From a virus, in IMG/VR virus record IMGVR_UViG_3300029787_000021, positions 1-64,000 of that record: 64,000 nucleotides of DNA; one strand, written 5' to 3'. The notes beneath the pieces are model-generated. The model worked only from the letters and a program-made list of their open reading frames with translations. It did not search any database and was not told where the DNA came from. Positions 63,830 to 64,000 of the stretch are shown here, piece after piece. The first letter of the stretch is position 1, and the number at the start of each line of letters is the position of its first letter. The translations under genes and the position numbers were made by a program.

Positions 63830-64000
63830 TAACTATCTTCTGAGTTCATAGTATTATGAATACCTTCTTTTTGAGTTTGATTAGCCGCACTCTCATCTTT
63901 ATCATAATCTAACATCTCTAAGTCAATATTCTCTTTTAAGCCAGAACTAGCATTATCCATTTCTGCTAATCTTACAGCTGTATTTTGATCCATAATCTGT
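63830..64000 (-). CDS. 3' end of an ORF entering from beyond the window
   Basis: Open frame ending ...GIHNTMNSEDS-stop. Confidence 0.5.

Noticed and set aside
1-64000. Stop-codon reassignment, as in some large phages
   Set aside because: Genes are full length and tightly packed in the standard code, and TAA, TAG and TGA all occur as real stops

Overview
This window is a 64 kb, very AT-rich segment of a large T4-like (contractile-tail) bacteriophage genome, read in the standard genetic code, with almost all genes on the minus strand. The left half holds head and packaging genes (gp21-like prohead protease, gp20 portal, gp17 terminase), many probable head-internal proteins sharing an N-terminal MKLxxI(I/L)xE tag, a primase and exonuclease, and tail/baseplate genes (gp6, gp25, S74 chaperone fibre, two S-V-T-P repeat fibres), followed by a gp55-like late sigma factor. 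The right half is an accessory/early region driven by about 11 copies of a Bacteroidota-type -33/-7 promoter, so the host is probably a flavobacterium (inference). The most notable items are: (1) a circularly permuted ATP-grasp-like domain fused to three tandem Hint domains separated by tiny peptides, clustered with an inactive stand-alone Hint protein and a double methyltransferase; (2) a promoter-driven 144-nt tRNA-like RNA whose anticodon loop is replaced by a 78-nt insert; (3) an unannotated 23-aa, 9-Cys metallothionein-like gene with its own promoter motif; (4) a pair of inverted GC-rich elements flanking a poorly coding strand-switch region. All protein calls come from motif recognition by eye; no database searches were run.
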